DNA from: a virus
Direction: 5' to 3' (one strand)
IMG/VR virus record: IMGVR_UViG_3300031951_000060
Span: 1-64,000 of that record
DNA: 64,000 bases
Every line of letters starts with the position of its first letter. Position 1 is the stretch's first letter. The position numbers were made by a program, and so were the translations under genes. The notes beneath the pieces were generated by a model. The model saw nothing but the letters and a program-made list of their open reading frames with translations. It searched no databases and was not told the origin of the DNA. This document shows positions 1 through 9,533 of this stretch, piece after piece.

Positions 1-87
1 CAGGTTACTATAGATGGAGAAACTATATGGACTCCAGTAATAGGAACAATAAATGTACTTGGAGATGTAACGGGAGGTAGTTTATAA
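1..87 (+). CDS. 3' end of a virion structural protein (BppU-N-like), truncated by window edge
   Basis: Frame 1 reads QVTIDGETIWTPVIGTINVLGDVTGGSL-stop; resembles the C-termini of ORFs 1709 and 9534; stop overlaps the next ATG (TAATG). Confidence 0.5.
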   Translation, partial: QVTIDGETIWTPVIGTINVLGDVTGGSL

Positions 88-962
88 TGCCAGTTATTAA
101 GATAGTGCCATTTCCTGGTGTACCAGGCGAAAAAGGCGATAAAGGCGATACAGGAAATACTGGGCCAATAGGTCCAACTGGATTGACTGGTGCGATGGGG
201 CCACAAGGTCCTGAAGGACCACAAGGTGAGCAAGGGATACAAGGTATCCAAGGTATACAAGGAGAAACTGGACCTGCTGGAGCAGATGCTCTTTGGAATT
301 ACACTGGAGCATATAGTGGTGGCTCAGCATATGGCGTCGGAGATCTAGCAACATATGACGGACAACTTTGGTATCGCAAACACGCTAATGGCGGTAATGT
401 TGGAGACACACCATCTGAAGGTTCGTTCTGGGATTTACTTGCAGCAAAAGGTGCAGATGGCGCACAAGGTCCTCAAGGAGAGCCAGGACAAGATGGTTCA
501 ATAGCAAATCTTAAATTTGGATCTTTTTTTGATACAACAATTCAGCCAGGTGGCGCTATTTCTCCTATATCCTTAAACTCTACAGATTTTTCAAACGGAG
601 TAACAATTGTAGATGGTTCAAGAATAACAATGGATACTTTGGGAATTTATAATATTGCATTTAGTTTACAATTAGAAAAAACTGGTGGATCTTCAGCAGA
701 TGTTTATATTTGGATGAGGCATAATGACGTGGATGTTCCAGATACAGCAACAATTATTCACATGGCTAATAATAATACTTACAATGTTGCTGCGTGGAAT
801 TTCTTTGTAAATTGTGACGTTCTACCTCAAGACTTTCAGTTGATGTGGTACACAGCAAGCACAAATGTTTCTATTTCTGCCATTAATGATGCTGGTACTC
901 CAGTTGGAGTTCCTTCTATACCGTCAATTATTGTGACAGTAAATAAAGTCGGGGATCTGTAA
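87..962 (+). CDS. Collagen-like (Gly-X-Y) virion fibre protein with CBM5/12-like insert and beta-rich C-terminal head
   Basis: Long GXY run (GEKGDKGDTGNTGPIGPTG...); AYGVGDLATYDGQLW motif typical of small carbohydrate-binding modules; BclA/C1q-like C-terminus. Confidence 0.75.
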   Translation: MPVIKIVPFPGVPGEKGDKGDTGNTGPIGPTGLTGAMGPQGPEGPQGEQGIQGIQGIQGETGPAGADALWNYTGAYSGGSAYGVGDLATYDGQLWYRKHANGGNVGDTPSEGSFWDLLAAKGADGAQGPQGEPGQDGSIANLKFGSFFDTTIQPGGAISPISLNSTDFSNGVTIVDGSRITMDTLGIYNIAFSLQLEKTGGSSADVYIWMRHNDVDVPDTATIIHMANNNTYNVAAWNFFVNCDVLPQDFQLMWYTASTNVSISAINDAGTPVGVPSIPSIIVTVNKVGDL

Positions 963-972
963 AGATTGAGCC

Positions 973-1692
973 ATGGCTGTATCTAAATCCATGGACTTTC
1001 CTACAGGTAAAAAATCTAGTTATGCCGCACAGGTAGTCGAAACTCAAAATGTTAACACAGATGTATTAATTAACTATGTGCCCGTTCCAGGGCCTATGGG
1101 GCCACAAGGACCGCAAGGGGTACCTGGACCTATGGGGCAGTCTGGAAAAGACGGAGAAAGAGGTCCTAAAGGCGATAGAGGGGCACCAGGAAAAGACGGT
1201 CAAAGTTCTTTGTCAGCATCTGGACAGCAGTCTGGTTGGGGTGCATATTTTAATTCTATTAAGAAAGAGATAAGGCTAGGTGCAGACAAAGGTGAAGACG
1301 GATGGGTTAGTGTCTGGGTAGATTCGAAAGGAATTAATACAAACCAAAAATACTTACCAGAAGAATGTACAAGTCTGTGGAATGCAGACCAAAGAATGCT
1401 TAATTTTCATGGGTTAAAAATAGGATCTCAGGTTTTTGTAACTTATAACTTTGAATTAACAACGTATAGTAATAATACAGAGGTTTGGATGAGAACATTT
1501 TTTCCTAAATCTACCACCGAAATTTCGCAGTTTGTGGCGTCTCTAAAATACCAATATGTTTATAATATGTATGTCACTCAGCATTTCTTTATTGAAAACA
1601 ACACTATGTGGTCAGCAGGTGCAATTCCACAGATTCGAACCGACTATGAATCTTCAGTTTTAATGAATTCTATATATGTATCTGTGATATAA
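973..1692 (+). CDS. Collagen-like virion fibre protein
   Basis: GPMGPQGPQGVPGPMGQSGKDGERGPKGDRGAPGKDG triple-helix repeat followed by a globular domain. Confidence 0.7.
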   Translation: MAVSKSMDFPTGKKSSYAAQVVETQNVNTDVLINYVPVPGPMGPQGPQGVPGPMGQSGKDGERGPKGDRGAPGKDGQSSLSASGQQSGWGAYFNSIKKEIRLGADKGEDGWVSVWVDSKGINTNQKYLPEECTSLWNADQRMLNFHGLKIGSQVFVTYNFELTTYSNNTEVWMRTFFPKSTTEISQFVASLKYQYVYNMYVTQHFFIENNTMWSAGAIPQIRTDYESSVLMNSIYVSVI

Positions 1693-1693
1693 T
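1685..1693 (+). promoter_or_regulatory. Extended -10 promoter TGaTATAAT overlapping the upstream stop codon
   Basis: Exact TGnTATAAT match, followed by GAGGAGG SD and ATG at 1709; the motif recurs before many genes. Confidence 0.6.
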
Positions 1694-1708
1694 TTACGAG
1701 GAGGAACT

Positions 1709-2125
1709 ATGGCATTTCCAGGAACATACAATATTTCATATTACAAGGGTGACACCCACGAGTTTCGTATTTACCCCAAAACAGCAGATGGAGATGTTTT
1801 TGATCTTACCCCATATGTAGGTGGAGACTATGATGACGATAATAATCCAGGAACTCCAGTTGTTGACGCAGACGCCGTAGTTTTTTCTTTTTCAGAAAGC
1901 AGAGGGGCCTCAAATCCTCATAAATGTTTTGCACAAATATCTGAGGATAAGACTTACATAACTTGTGTCATTAGACCAGAAGATTCTCAATACTTAACTG
2001 CAGGAACTAATTATGTATATGACGTACAAATATTTAAACCAGCAAGTGGATCTATAACATATCCAACGATCCATACTTTACTTACTGGTAATATCACTGT
2101 AACTGGACAGGTATCGCAGTGGTAG
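1709..2125 (+). CDS. Virion structural protein, BppU N-terminal-like
   Basis: YKGDT...FDLT...YVYDVQI...LLTGNITV pattern of BppU-N-like Ig-fold phage proteins; strong SD. Confidence 0.55.
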   Translation: MAFPGTYNISYYKGDTHEFRIYPKTADGDVFDLTPYVGGDYDDDNNPGTPVVDADAVVFSFSESRGASNPHKCFAQISEDKTYITCVIRPEDSQYLTAGTNYVYDVQIFKPASGSITYPTIHTLLTGNITVTGQVSQW

Positions 2126-2709
2126 ATGTTCTTTTAGCAAGCGATGATTTAGTTGTTCTTGGAGGTCCAGAAACTGTAAATGTTGAAGTGGATTTCGGAC
2201 AAAAAGGAGATAGGGGCAGTCTGGTTTTTGTAGGAAATCAAAAACCAATTGATGATCCAGAAGATTTTAAAGACTTAGTTGGTCAAACTCCAAACATATT
2301 TGATTTATATATAAATTTATTAACAACTGATGATGAATACCTAATGATATATCAGTATGTAGAAGTCTTAGGGGCAAAACAGTGGCAAACTCTTACAAAG
2401 TTAATTCCTAATACTTATGTTACCAATCAAAATATTGATTTTACTACATCTAATTATTGCCATATTCCAATTGCATCAATAGTTGATCCATCTTATGTTG
2501 GTAATACAAATGCATCCAATTTTAGTGTTCAGGCAACATTTAGTACATCAGCAGGATATCCAATTGTTAGTTCTATAAAAGTAGAAGTAGTGTCTTTAAG
2601 TGGTATTCAAAATTTAAAAATAACGTTTTATGCAAAGGAATTTGACGGAACCAATTGGGTTGATATCTCTGGATCCAGAACGGCCAACCTTCATATTTCA
2701 GTGGTATAA
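2119..2709 (+). CDS. Hypothetical virion protein
   Basis: 196-aa ORF in a structural cluster; single GQKGDRGS collagen-like motif. Confidence 0.5.
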   Translation: MVDVLLASDDLVVLGGPETVNVEVDFGQKGDRGSLVFVGNQKPIDDPEDFKDLVGQTPNIFDLYINLLTTDDEYLMIYQYVEVLGAKQWQTLTKLIPNTYVTNQNIDFTTSNYCHIPIASIVDPSYVGNTNASNFSVQATFSTSAGYPIVSSIKVEVVSLSGIQNLKITFYAKEFDGTNWVDISGSRTANLHISVV

Positions 2710-2726
2710 TCAAAGGGGTGGTTTAA

Positions 2727-3377
2727 ATGGCAGTAGAAAATATTGGTGGTCTATACAATACTAAGCAGCCTGGATACGAAGATGCTGCAGATATACAAGC
2801 AGCACTAAAGGCTTTTCTTTATGGTAGTTATACCTATGACACTACAAGCACAGATCCTACACAACTGCCAAACCCCTCTTTAGCAAGACATCTTCAAGAT
2901 CTGAGAGATGATGTAACATTTTTAGAAAACCAGGGAATTGGATCTGATTATTTAACTTTAGCCCAAATTGCAGCAATAGTATCTCCTACTGATGGCTATA
3001 TTGCTATGGCATCAGATTCTAATGGTGGAGCAGTTGAATCCTTATATGCCTCCGCTTTTTATACAAATGAGGCACCCACAACAGATATAGTAGATGGAGT
3101 TCTTTGGGTAGACAAGGATTCCGCAGCACTTGATACATATGTTTATGACTCAACACTTTTACCAGGGGACCCATGGGTAAGAATCAATGATCTTAAGAAT
3201 ATTATTCAGGCAAAGGGTGATATACTTATCGGCAGTTCTGCTGAAAATGTTGACAATTTGTCTGTAGGCGCAAATGGAACAGTTTTAACTGCAGACGACT
3301 CAAGTCCACTTGGTGTCAAATGGCAACAGGTAGATACTGAGTCTATTATAATTTCATCCGTAATGGGTGCGTATTAG
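2727..3377 (+). CDS. Putative tail fibre/appendage protein
   Basis: APT..VDGVLWVDKD and KGDILIG..DNLSVGANGTVLTAD motifs common in phage fibres; preceded by TGGTATAAT at 2702-2710. Confidence 0.55.
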   Translation: MAVENIGGLYNTKQPGYEDAADIQAALKAFLYGSYTYDTTSTDPTQLPNPSLARHLQDLRDDVTFLENQGIGSDYLTLAQIAAIVSPTDGYIAMASDSNGGAVESLYASAFYTNEAPTTDIVDGVLWVDKDSAALDTYVYDSTLLPGDPWVRINDLKNIIQAKGDILIGSSAENVDNLSVGANGTVLTADDSSPLGVKWQQVDTESIIISSVMGAY

Positions 3378-3385
3378 GAGGAGAT

Positions 3386-3688
3386 ATGGCTACTACACCA
3401 AAATTAATGTATCGTGGAAATGCAGCAACATCTAACACCACACTTTATACAGTTGGTTCTGGAAAAACTGGAATTGTTACTGATATCGTTGTAACAAATA
3501 CAGATTCTGTGTCTGCTACTTTTACAATTAATCTTAATGGTACCGCTTTGCTTTCTGCAGCAACAATCGCAGCAAATAGCATGGCAACTTTTGAATTAAA
3601 ACAAGTATTAGAAGCAGCAGATACTATTTCTGGTTCTGCATCTGCTACTACTGTTAAATTTCATATAAGCGGAGTTGAGGTTGTCTAA
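3386..3688 (+). CDS. Small fibre-associated virion protein
   Basis: TTLYTV...IVTDIVVTN...FHISGVE beta-sandwich pattern; AGGAG SD. Confidence 0.5.
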   Translation: MATTPKLMYRGNAATSNTTLYTVGSGKTGIVTDIVVTNTDSVSATFTINLNGTALLSAATIAANSMATFELKQVLEAADTISGSASATTVKFHISGVEVV

Positions 3689-4290
3689 TGGCTTATTCCG
3701 TATACCCCGCACCTAGTTCTGGAATAACAGTCTCAGATGGAAACAATGCTGGTTGGAATCTTGGAGAAACTCAATGGGAGCAAATCTCTGAGTATAAAAA
3801 TGCAACAACTGTTGCTAATATAGATTTTTCTAGTATTCCGCAAACCTATAGAGGTTTAAAGTTGCAAATTGTTGGGTTAACTTTGTCAACTGCTGATCAA
3901 GTTTATTTAAGAATTAATAATGATTCTACTGTTAGCACTTATTCAAGATTTGGAAGAGCAGAAAGATCAAATAATAGTGGAACTATAACAGTAATACAGC
4001 AACATTCTCAAAACAAAATACAATTAAACGGAGATCAAAATGTAGAGTCAGGAAATACTTTTCATTGTTTCATACATTTTCCAAATTATACATCTTCTAA
4101 TGTTAAAAAACTTGAGTGGAACTCATATTATCAAACCGCAGTTGGAGCAGAAACTTTTTCTGCAGAGGGCACTTTTAGAAAAGGAACAACAACCCCAGCA
4201 ATAACATCTTTGAGATTACTTACCAATAGTACTAATATGTATTTTGATGGTAATGAGGCATTATCTGCATCATTGTGGGGTATAAAGTAA
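3688..4290 (+). CDS. Putative fibre tip/receptor-binding-type protein
   Basis: [13 protein letters not shown]...AITSLRL...SLWGIK pattern typical of phage fibre C-terminal domains. Confidence 0.5.
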   Translation: MAYSVYPAPSSGITVSDGNNAGWNLGETQWEQISEYKNATTVANIDFSSIPQTYRGLKLQIVGLTLSTADQVYLRINNDSTVSTYSRFGRAERSNNSGTITVIQQHSQNKIQLNGDQNVESGNTFHCFIHFPNYTSSNVKKLEWNSYYQTAVGAETFSAEGTFRKGTTTPAITSLRLLTNSTNMYFDGNEALSASLWGIK

Positions 4291-4291
4291 A

Positions 4292-6028
4292 ATGTCAACA
4301 GTTAGTTCAACCAGTAAAGTAGCATACATGTATGACCAAGCGTCAGACACTTGGTATGCTGTTGCTGGTACTGCTAACACAAATGTTGCATATAACTGGA
4401 ATGCTGCTCATACTTTTGGATCTGTTGTAACTGTTAATGATGTTATTCGTGCCAAGGGTGGAGTAAATAGATTTCAAAACCCTACCGCCAGAAATACAAT
4501 AATCCCATCTCCTGTTAAAGGTACAGTTTGTTTTGTTGAGCAAACAGACGGCGGTACTGATATTAACCAAGTTCAAATTTATAACGGCACATCATGGGTA
4601 GGAATGTTAGATACCGAAACCCTAGTAACAAAAACTTCTGATTATACTTTAGGTCTTGCAGATGCAGGAAAAACTATTCTTGTTGATTCGACTCTATCTA
4701 GAAACATCACTATTCCAACAAATTTGTCTGTTCCATTTGCAATTGGACAAACCTTAAAAATAAATAGGCTAAATACTGGCGCTGTAAATATAGTAGGCTC
4801 ATCTGGAGTTATTATAAATAGTAGACAGGCTTCGACATCGATTGCAGAAAGATATGGAGTTGTAACTCTTATAAAAACAGATTCTGATACTTGGCTATTA
4901 TATGGCGACCTACTTCTTTCTTCTTCTTTTATTTCAACACCTACCCCTACCCCAACACCTACTCCTACTCCTACTCCAACAATAACTCCAGCACCTACCC
5001 CAGCACCTACCCCAGCACCTACCCCAGCACCTACACCTACTCCAACATCAGCACCAGAACCAACACCAACACCAACACCGACACCGACACCAACACCAAC
5101 ACCAACACCAACACCGACACCAACACCAACTCCAACACCAACCCCAATTCCAACAGTAACCTGTGGATCTCAATATGGAACGACTACTGGAGGAGTTTAT
5201 AGCGGATCATGTCCAGATGGGTCATGTCCAGGATGTACTCATTATCAAGAAGCCTGGTATAAGTGTTCTGACGGAACTACAAGTTCTACTAAGATATATG
5301 TTGGACTTGGATGTTCTACCCCAACACCAACCCCAACTCCGACTCCTACACCAACAACAAATTGTACTGATACAAGTCTTTTGTCTTCATCTCAGTGCGC
5401 TGACTGTGGTATGGTTTGGAGTCCTTTGTATGGTGAATGTATTTATGAATCATCGCCAACACCAACACCAACACCTACCCCAACACCTACACCAACACCT
5501 ACACCTACACCTACACCTAATCCATGCTCTGGAGATATTTCTCTTCTTGGCCCAAGTGCGTGTCAGTCTTGTGGATATTATTATTCAACCCAATTTGGAG
5601 AATGTATTGATATGCCTTCTCCAACCCCAACACCAACCCCAACACCAACCCCTACTCCTACCCCTACACCAGCACCGACACCTTCGCCTTGTGTTGCAGG
5701 CTCATGGGCATATTCTGAAACACCATGCCAAGATGGAACAGAATATGGATATAGATATAATGCAGACTGCAGTATGTATTGGTCAACAAGATCTTGTTCA
5801 AGTTCCCCAGCGCCTACCCCAGCGCCTACCCCAGCACCAACTCCAGCGCCTACCCCAGCACCAACTCCAGCGCCTACCCCAGCACCAACTCCAGCGCCTA
5901 CCCCAGCACCAACTCCAGCGCCTACCCCAGCACCAACTCCAGCGCCTACCCCAGCGCCTTGTGAGTGCGTAATGGATGAATGTTGGATGGGATGTCCTGC
6001 ATGCTGTAATGGTCAGTGCGGATGCTAA
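4292..6028 (+). CDS. Fibre protein with extensin/mucin-like Pro-Thr/Pro-Ala tracts alternating with Cys-rich modules
   Basis: N-terminal phage fibre domains ending ...TWLLYGDL, then five (PT)n/(PAPT)n tracts separated by Cys-rich modules; terminal [22 protein letters not shown]. Confidence 0.75.
   Translation: MSTVSSTSKVAYMYDQASDTWYAVAGTANTNVAYNWNAAHTFGSVVTVNDVIRAKGGVNRFQNPTARNTIIPSPVKGTVCFVEQTDGGTDINQVQIYNGTSWVGMLDTETLVTKTSDYTLGLADAGKTILVDSTLSRNITIPTNLSVPFAIGQTLKINRLNTGAVNIVGSSGVIINSRQASTSIAERYGVVTLIKTDSDTWLLYGDLLLSSSFISTPTPTPTPTPTPTPTITPAPTPAPTPAPTPAPTPTPTSAPEPTPTPTPTPTPTPTPTPTPTPTPTPTPTPIPTVTCGSQYGTTTGGVYSGSCPDGSCPGCTHYQEAWYKCSDGTTSSTKIYVGLGCSTPTPTPTPTPTPTTNCTDTSLLSSSQCADCGMVWSPLYGECIYESSPTPTPTPTPTPTPTPTPTPTPNPCSGDISLLGPSACQSCGYYYSTQFGECIDMPSPTPTPTPTPTPTPTPTPAPTPSPCVAGSWAYSETPCQDGTEYGYRYNADCSMYWSTRSCSSSPAPTPAPTPAPTPAPTPAPTPAPTPAPTPAPTPAPTPAPTPAPTPAPTPAPCECVMDECWMGCPACCNGQCGC
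4937..5959 (+). repeat. Coding tandem repeats (6-, 12- and 24-nt units) encoding PT/PAPT tracts
   Basis: For example, five exact copies of ccagcgcctaccccagcaccaact at 5819-5938. Confidence 0.9.
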
Positions 6029-6058
6029 CTTAGTGTATAATGTATAAAAAGGAGAAAA

Positions 6059-6496
6059 ATGGCCAAATTTGCATTCGTAGTAAATAATTCAGTGAAATAT
6101 GTTCTTTCACTTACTTCAGATTCAGAAGTTAATAATAAATGGATTGCTGCCTTAAAATCTGATATTGTTTTTAAAGATGCATCGTTAAACTATGGACTTG
6201 CTCCGTTAGATTTATTTATAGATAATAAATTTTATAAAAATAATAACGGTAACTTGGTCGAAGTTGTTGAAAATGAAGACTGGCAAAACTCAGATGCCAT
6301 TAGAATTGCAGGAATTATAGATGGAGAGGTGATTGGCATGAGAATAATAAATAAAGATGCCTTTTCAGAAGAAGATTTGCAAAGAATTGTAGATGCTTTC
6401 TTGTCAAATTCATCTATCATTGAGATAAGTGAAGATTCTCAGGTATCCATAGGATGGAACTGGGATGGCGACAATTTTTCAGAACCGAGCAATTAA
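6059..6496 (+). CDS. Small fibre-associated/assembly-type protein (two-repeat architecture)
   Basis: C-terminal IGWNWDGDNFSEP motif common in proteins downstream of phage fibres; AAGGAG SD. Confidence 0.5.
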   Translation: MAKFAFVVNNSVKYVLSLTSDSEVNNKWIAALKSDIVFKDASLNYGLAPLDLFIDNKFYKNNNGNLVEVVENEDWQNSDAIRIAGIIDGEVIGMRIINKDAFSEEDLQRIVDAFLSNSSIIEISEDSQVSIGWNWDGDNFSEPSN

Positions 6497-6735
6497 TGTC
6501 TGAAGAATTATCAGCATGGCAAAAATATAAACAAAATTTAGGAGAAACCAGGCCATGGGATTTGGTAAATCCTAATAGTGAATGGGTTTCAGAAGAAGTG
6601 TCTTCTTCACGTTATGAAATATGCAAGGCATGCCCAGAATTGATAAAATTAACCAAACAGTGTAAAAAGTGTGGATGCTTCATGTATGCAAAAACTAGAT
6701 TAGAAAAAGCAACTTGTCCGATAGGAAAATGGTAA
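6496..6735 (+). CDS. Small Cys-rich metal-binding protein (DUF6171-like)
   Basis: RYEICKACP...QCKKCGCFM.AK.....ATCPIGKW; start reassigned to ATG 6496, overlapping the upstream stop. Confidence 0.6.
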   Translation: MSEELSAWQKYKQNLGETRPWDLVNPNSEWVSEEVSSSRYEICKACPELIKLTKQCKKCGCFMYAKTRLEKATCPIGKW

Positions 6736-7331
6736 TGAATAAAATCGAAATTGCTCCAGGAATAATGATTTACAAAGATGTAATAGATGGATACGAGTCT
6801 ATCATTACTGATATAGAGGATGCTGTATTATTAAAGTCAGCATCATGGTCCCCTGCAGGAGTAAAAAGTGGAGAGCAGAATGGGGTAGATACAACCAAAA
6901 GAGATACTCTAACTATAGGTATTCCATATTCTGCAACGCCACAAGAAGATTTATCTAGTCCCTCTAAGGCGTTTTACTCTATTCTGGGCGGTATATTCTT
7001 TAATGCTTTTGATCCAGTAGAAAAAGATTATGCAAGAACTTATATGATTGATCTCCCATGGCATGACACATATGGAATACTAAAATATGGTGTGGGGCAA
7101 AAATTTGTAAACCATATAGACGATCATACAGATTATCACAGAAGAGTGTCTTTTGTATATTATTTAAATGATAACTATACTGGAGGAGAAATTAATTTCC
7201 CAAGATTTGATATATCGTACAAACCAAAAGCAAATGAAATGTTAGTTTTTCCATCAACATATGTATATAATCATTCTGTATCAGAGGTCACAGAGGGAGA
7301 ACGCTACGCCGTTGTAAGTTGGTTAAGATAG
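6729..7331 (+). CDS. 2OG-Fe(II) oxygenase, prolyl 4-hydroxylase-like
   Basis: LKYGVGQKFVNHIDD (HxD), YLNDNYTGGEINF, distal His in HSVSEV, and ERYAVVSW 2OG-binding motif. Confidence 0.85.
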   Translation: MVMNKIEIAPGIMIYKDVIDGYESIITDIEDAVLLKSASWSPAGVKSGEQNGVDTTKRDTLTIGIPYSATPQEDLSSPSKAFYSILGGIFFNAFDPVEKDYARTYMIDLPWHDTYGILKYGVGQKFVNHIDDHTDYHRRVSFVYYLNDNYTGGEINFPRFDISYKPKANEMLVFPSTYVYNHSVSEVTEGERYAVVSWLR

Positions 7332-7349
7332 TGTGGTATTATTTATAAT

Positions 7350-8276
7350 ATGTCTACTATATTTATAAGTATTCCTTGCTATCAAGATCCAGAAATATGG
7401 GAAACAGTTTCAAGTTTTTATAATAATGCTACTAATCCAGAAAATGTTTATTTTGGAATTACTAATCAGACAGATTCTCCAGAATTACACAAGGAAATGC
7501 TTTTAAAATTCCCAAATGTACAAATGCATATCTTGGAGCCTGGATCTTTGCCAGGGTGCCAGCCAGCAAGATTAAAGTCCCATGAGTTTTATGATGGGCA
7601 GGACTACTATTTAAACATGGACTCTCACATGAGAGCAGTTAAAGATTGGGATTCTAGGCTAATAGCAGAATTAAATGAAACAAATTTTATATACGGACCT
7701 TCAGTGCTAACTGGATACGTTGCAGGATATGACAAAGATGAATACGGAAAAGATATAATTCCTGAAGTTACATATACTACAGTTTTTAGAATGAATGAAA
7801 AAAATATAAATCATTTTATAAATCATGGCATTCCTCAGTTTATTTCCTTTCCTCATGAAACCAACAAGCCAATACCATCTCCGTACATCTCTGGTCATTT
7901 TTTCTTTACTACTGGTCAAGCAGTTTTAGATTCACCTTTTGTTGAAGATGTATTTTTTACAGAAGAAGAAATTTTTATGGCTGTTAGATTTTTCACTGCT
8001 GGATATAACTTATTTCAACCGACTACAACATATGTGTATCATAGATATGGAAGAAACAATCGTAGACTTTTTTGGGAAGACTTTCCTGAACATTGGTATG
8101 AAAATGATAAAAGGTCAAGAGATTTTGTAAATAATGTTTTACAAAACAATATAATTGATCCTAAAAAGGGATTATTTAATAAAAGAACTTTAGACGAGTT
8201 TGAGGAATATTCTGGAATTAATTTTAGAAAAAGAGCGTTATCAGATTCGGTAATTAAGGGTACATCGTATTTATAA
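7350..8276 (+). CDS. GT60/Gnt1-like polypeptide (hydroxyproline/Thr) N-acetylglucosaminyltransferase
   Basis: TIFISIPCYQDPE...ATNPENVYFGI N-terminus, MDSHMR..KDWD motif, F..EE...AVRFFTAGY: hallmark motifs of the Skp1 GlcNAc-transferase family. Confidence 0.8.
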   Translation: MSTIFISIPCYQDPEIWETVSSFYNNATNPENVYFGITNQTDSPELHKEMLLKFPNVQMHILEPGSLPGCQPARLKSHEFYDGQDYYLNMDSHMRAVKDWDSRLIAELNETNFIYGPSVLTGYVAGYDKDEYGKDIIPEVTYTTVFRMNEKNINHFINHGIPQFISFPHETNKPIPSPYISGHFFFTTGQAVLDSPFVEDVFFTEEEIFMAVRFFTAGYNLFQPTTTYVYHRYGRNNRRLFWEDFPEHWYENDKRSRDFVNNVLQNNIIDPKKGLFNKRTLDEFEEYSGINFRKRALSDSVIKGTSYL

Positions 8277-8280
8277 AATA

Positions 8281-8331
8281 AAAATATCCCAGAGCCAAAC
8301 AATATGAATGACCCTGGGATATTTTATTTAT
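8281..8331. terminator. Bidirectional intrinsic terminator between convergent genes
   Basis: Inverted repeat aaaatatcccag (8281-8292) / ctgggatatttt (8314-8325) with A- and T-rich flanks. Confidence 0.65.
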
Positions 8332-8895
8332 TTATTGCGGGAATTTACCAATCCATTCTTTTGTCCTTGGTGTTATTCCTTTCCAAGCACTCCAGTTTTC
8401 TCCGCCATTTGACATATGAAATGCGATTTGTGCATTTACAACTGGATTAAACAAGTCTGCATTGTGATCTAGGTCATATTTATTACGACGATCAGGACCA
8501 AGCATTCCGAGCATATTTATCTGGAAAATTCCATAAGAACTGTCTCCAGTTTTAGTATTTCCATTGAATGCAAGTGGTCGACCATTACTTTCTTTTTTAG
8601 CAATAGCCCATGCCTCCTTGAGATTTTGACCTTCAAATCCTACTAATTTAAGTAGTATCTTTAGGTCTTTATCAGATAGAGATGTGGCGTTGTTGTATTT
8701 TTCTAACTGATCTTCTTTAGCCTCAGAAACACTTTTGGCCTCTTTCGAGGCCTCTTTTGTTTCTTCTAGCACGATAGGTTTTATATCGTTTAATCGGTTT
8801 TCAGAAGCATTAGCAGCGTTTGACCAAACGGCAAACATAGCCAATATGCTGAGTGTACCAATGATGTTCTTGTTATTATTCATAAAAGTAATCAT
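8332..8895 (-). CDS. Secreted/anchored lysozyme-like lytic transglycosylase
   Basis: N-terminal hydrophobic signal; AWAIAKKESNG (catalytic Glu), SYGIFQIN, NWSAW motifs; start set at ATG 8895 behind a GGAGG SD. Confidence 0.8.
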   Translation of the reverse strand: MITFMNNNKNIIGTLSILAMFAVWSNAANASENRLNDIKPIVLEETKEASKEAKSVSEAKEDQLEKYNNATSLSDKDLKILLKLVGFEGQNLKEAWAIAKKESNGRPLAFNGNTKTGDSSYGIFQINMLGMLGPDRRNKYDLDHNADLFNPVVNAQIAFHMSNGGENWSAWKGITPRTKEWIGKFPQ

Positions 8896-8949
8896 AGTTT
8901 CCTCCTTAGAAACAGATAACACCTTTTTAGGGGTGTTATATTACTTCCT

Positions 8950-8992
8950 AGTATAACACAGTTTGAGCCAGATAGTCAAACAATGATATAAT
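8950..8992. promoter_or_regulatory. Back-to-back divergent promoters
   Basis: Minus strand TTGACT-18-TATACT with TG extension (8950-8979); plus strand TGATATAAT (8984-8992), 8 nt before ATG 9001. Confidence 0.6.
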
Positions 8993-9000
8993 AATCTTCT

Positions 9001-9516
9001 ATGGCTGAAATAACTAATAACTATGGTCTAACATATCCAGAAGCATCTGACGCTGTAAATGTTCATAATGATATTAAAAAATTAGCGGATGATGTTGATG
9101 ATGCAATATCTTCTCTTGACGCATCAAATGTGCGGGTAAAGGTAACAAATAACTCAGGCTCAACCATAGGTGCAGCAAAACCAGTTTATGCAACAGGACA
9201 CACGAATAACAAAACAACAATATCTTTGTTTACCTTTGGACTCTCTGATGATAAACCATTTTTGGGATTAACAAAAACTTCTTTAAATAATGGAGAGTCT
9301 GGAGAAGTGGTTGTTGCTGGAGTTTTAACAAATGTCAATACAAGTGGATTTCCTGTAGGGTCCTTGCTTTATGTAGATTCTTACGGAGCATTGACTAATA
9401 CTGTCATTGGTGGCGCAATCGGAATTGTGGCTGTATCTAACACATCTACTGGCGTGATTGTTATTCAGGCAAAAGGAAATGGGACATGGGGAGCATTGAA
9501 GGCTGGATTAGCCTAA
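9001..9516 (+). CDS. Virion protein (cement/decoration-like C-terminal domain)
   Basis: GLTYP.....NVH.DIKKLA N-terminus and G.....GESGEVVVAG...GSLLYV C-terminal pattern. Confidence 0.45.
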   Translation: MAEITNNYGLTYPEASDAVNVHNDIKKLADDVDDAISSLDASNVRVKVTNNSGSTIGAAKPVYATGHTNNKTTISLFTFGLSDDKPFLGLTKTSLNNGESGEVVVAGVLTNVNTSGFPVGSLLYVDSYGALTNTVIGGAIGIVAVSNTSTGVIVIQAKGNGTWGALKAGLA

Positions 9517-9533
9517 TATGATATAATAATTAA

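Noticed and set aside
4891-5972. Alternative-frame ORFs 4891-5202, 5163-5972 and 5779-5964 (Gln/His/Leu or Tyr/Ser/Thr repeats)
   Set aside because: Frame shadows of the PT repeat, which lacks stops in other frames; no SD or promoter support
8896-8950. Riboswitch (for example c-di-AMP) before the transglycosylase
   Set aside because: Predicted leader is only about 50 nt with a single hairpin, too short for known aptamers
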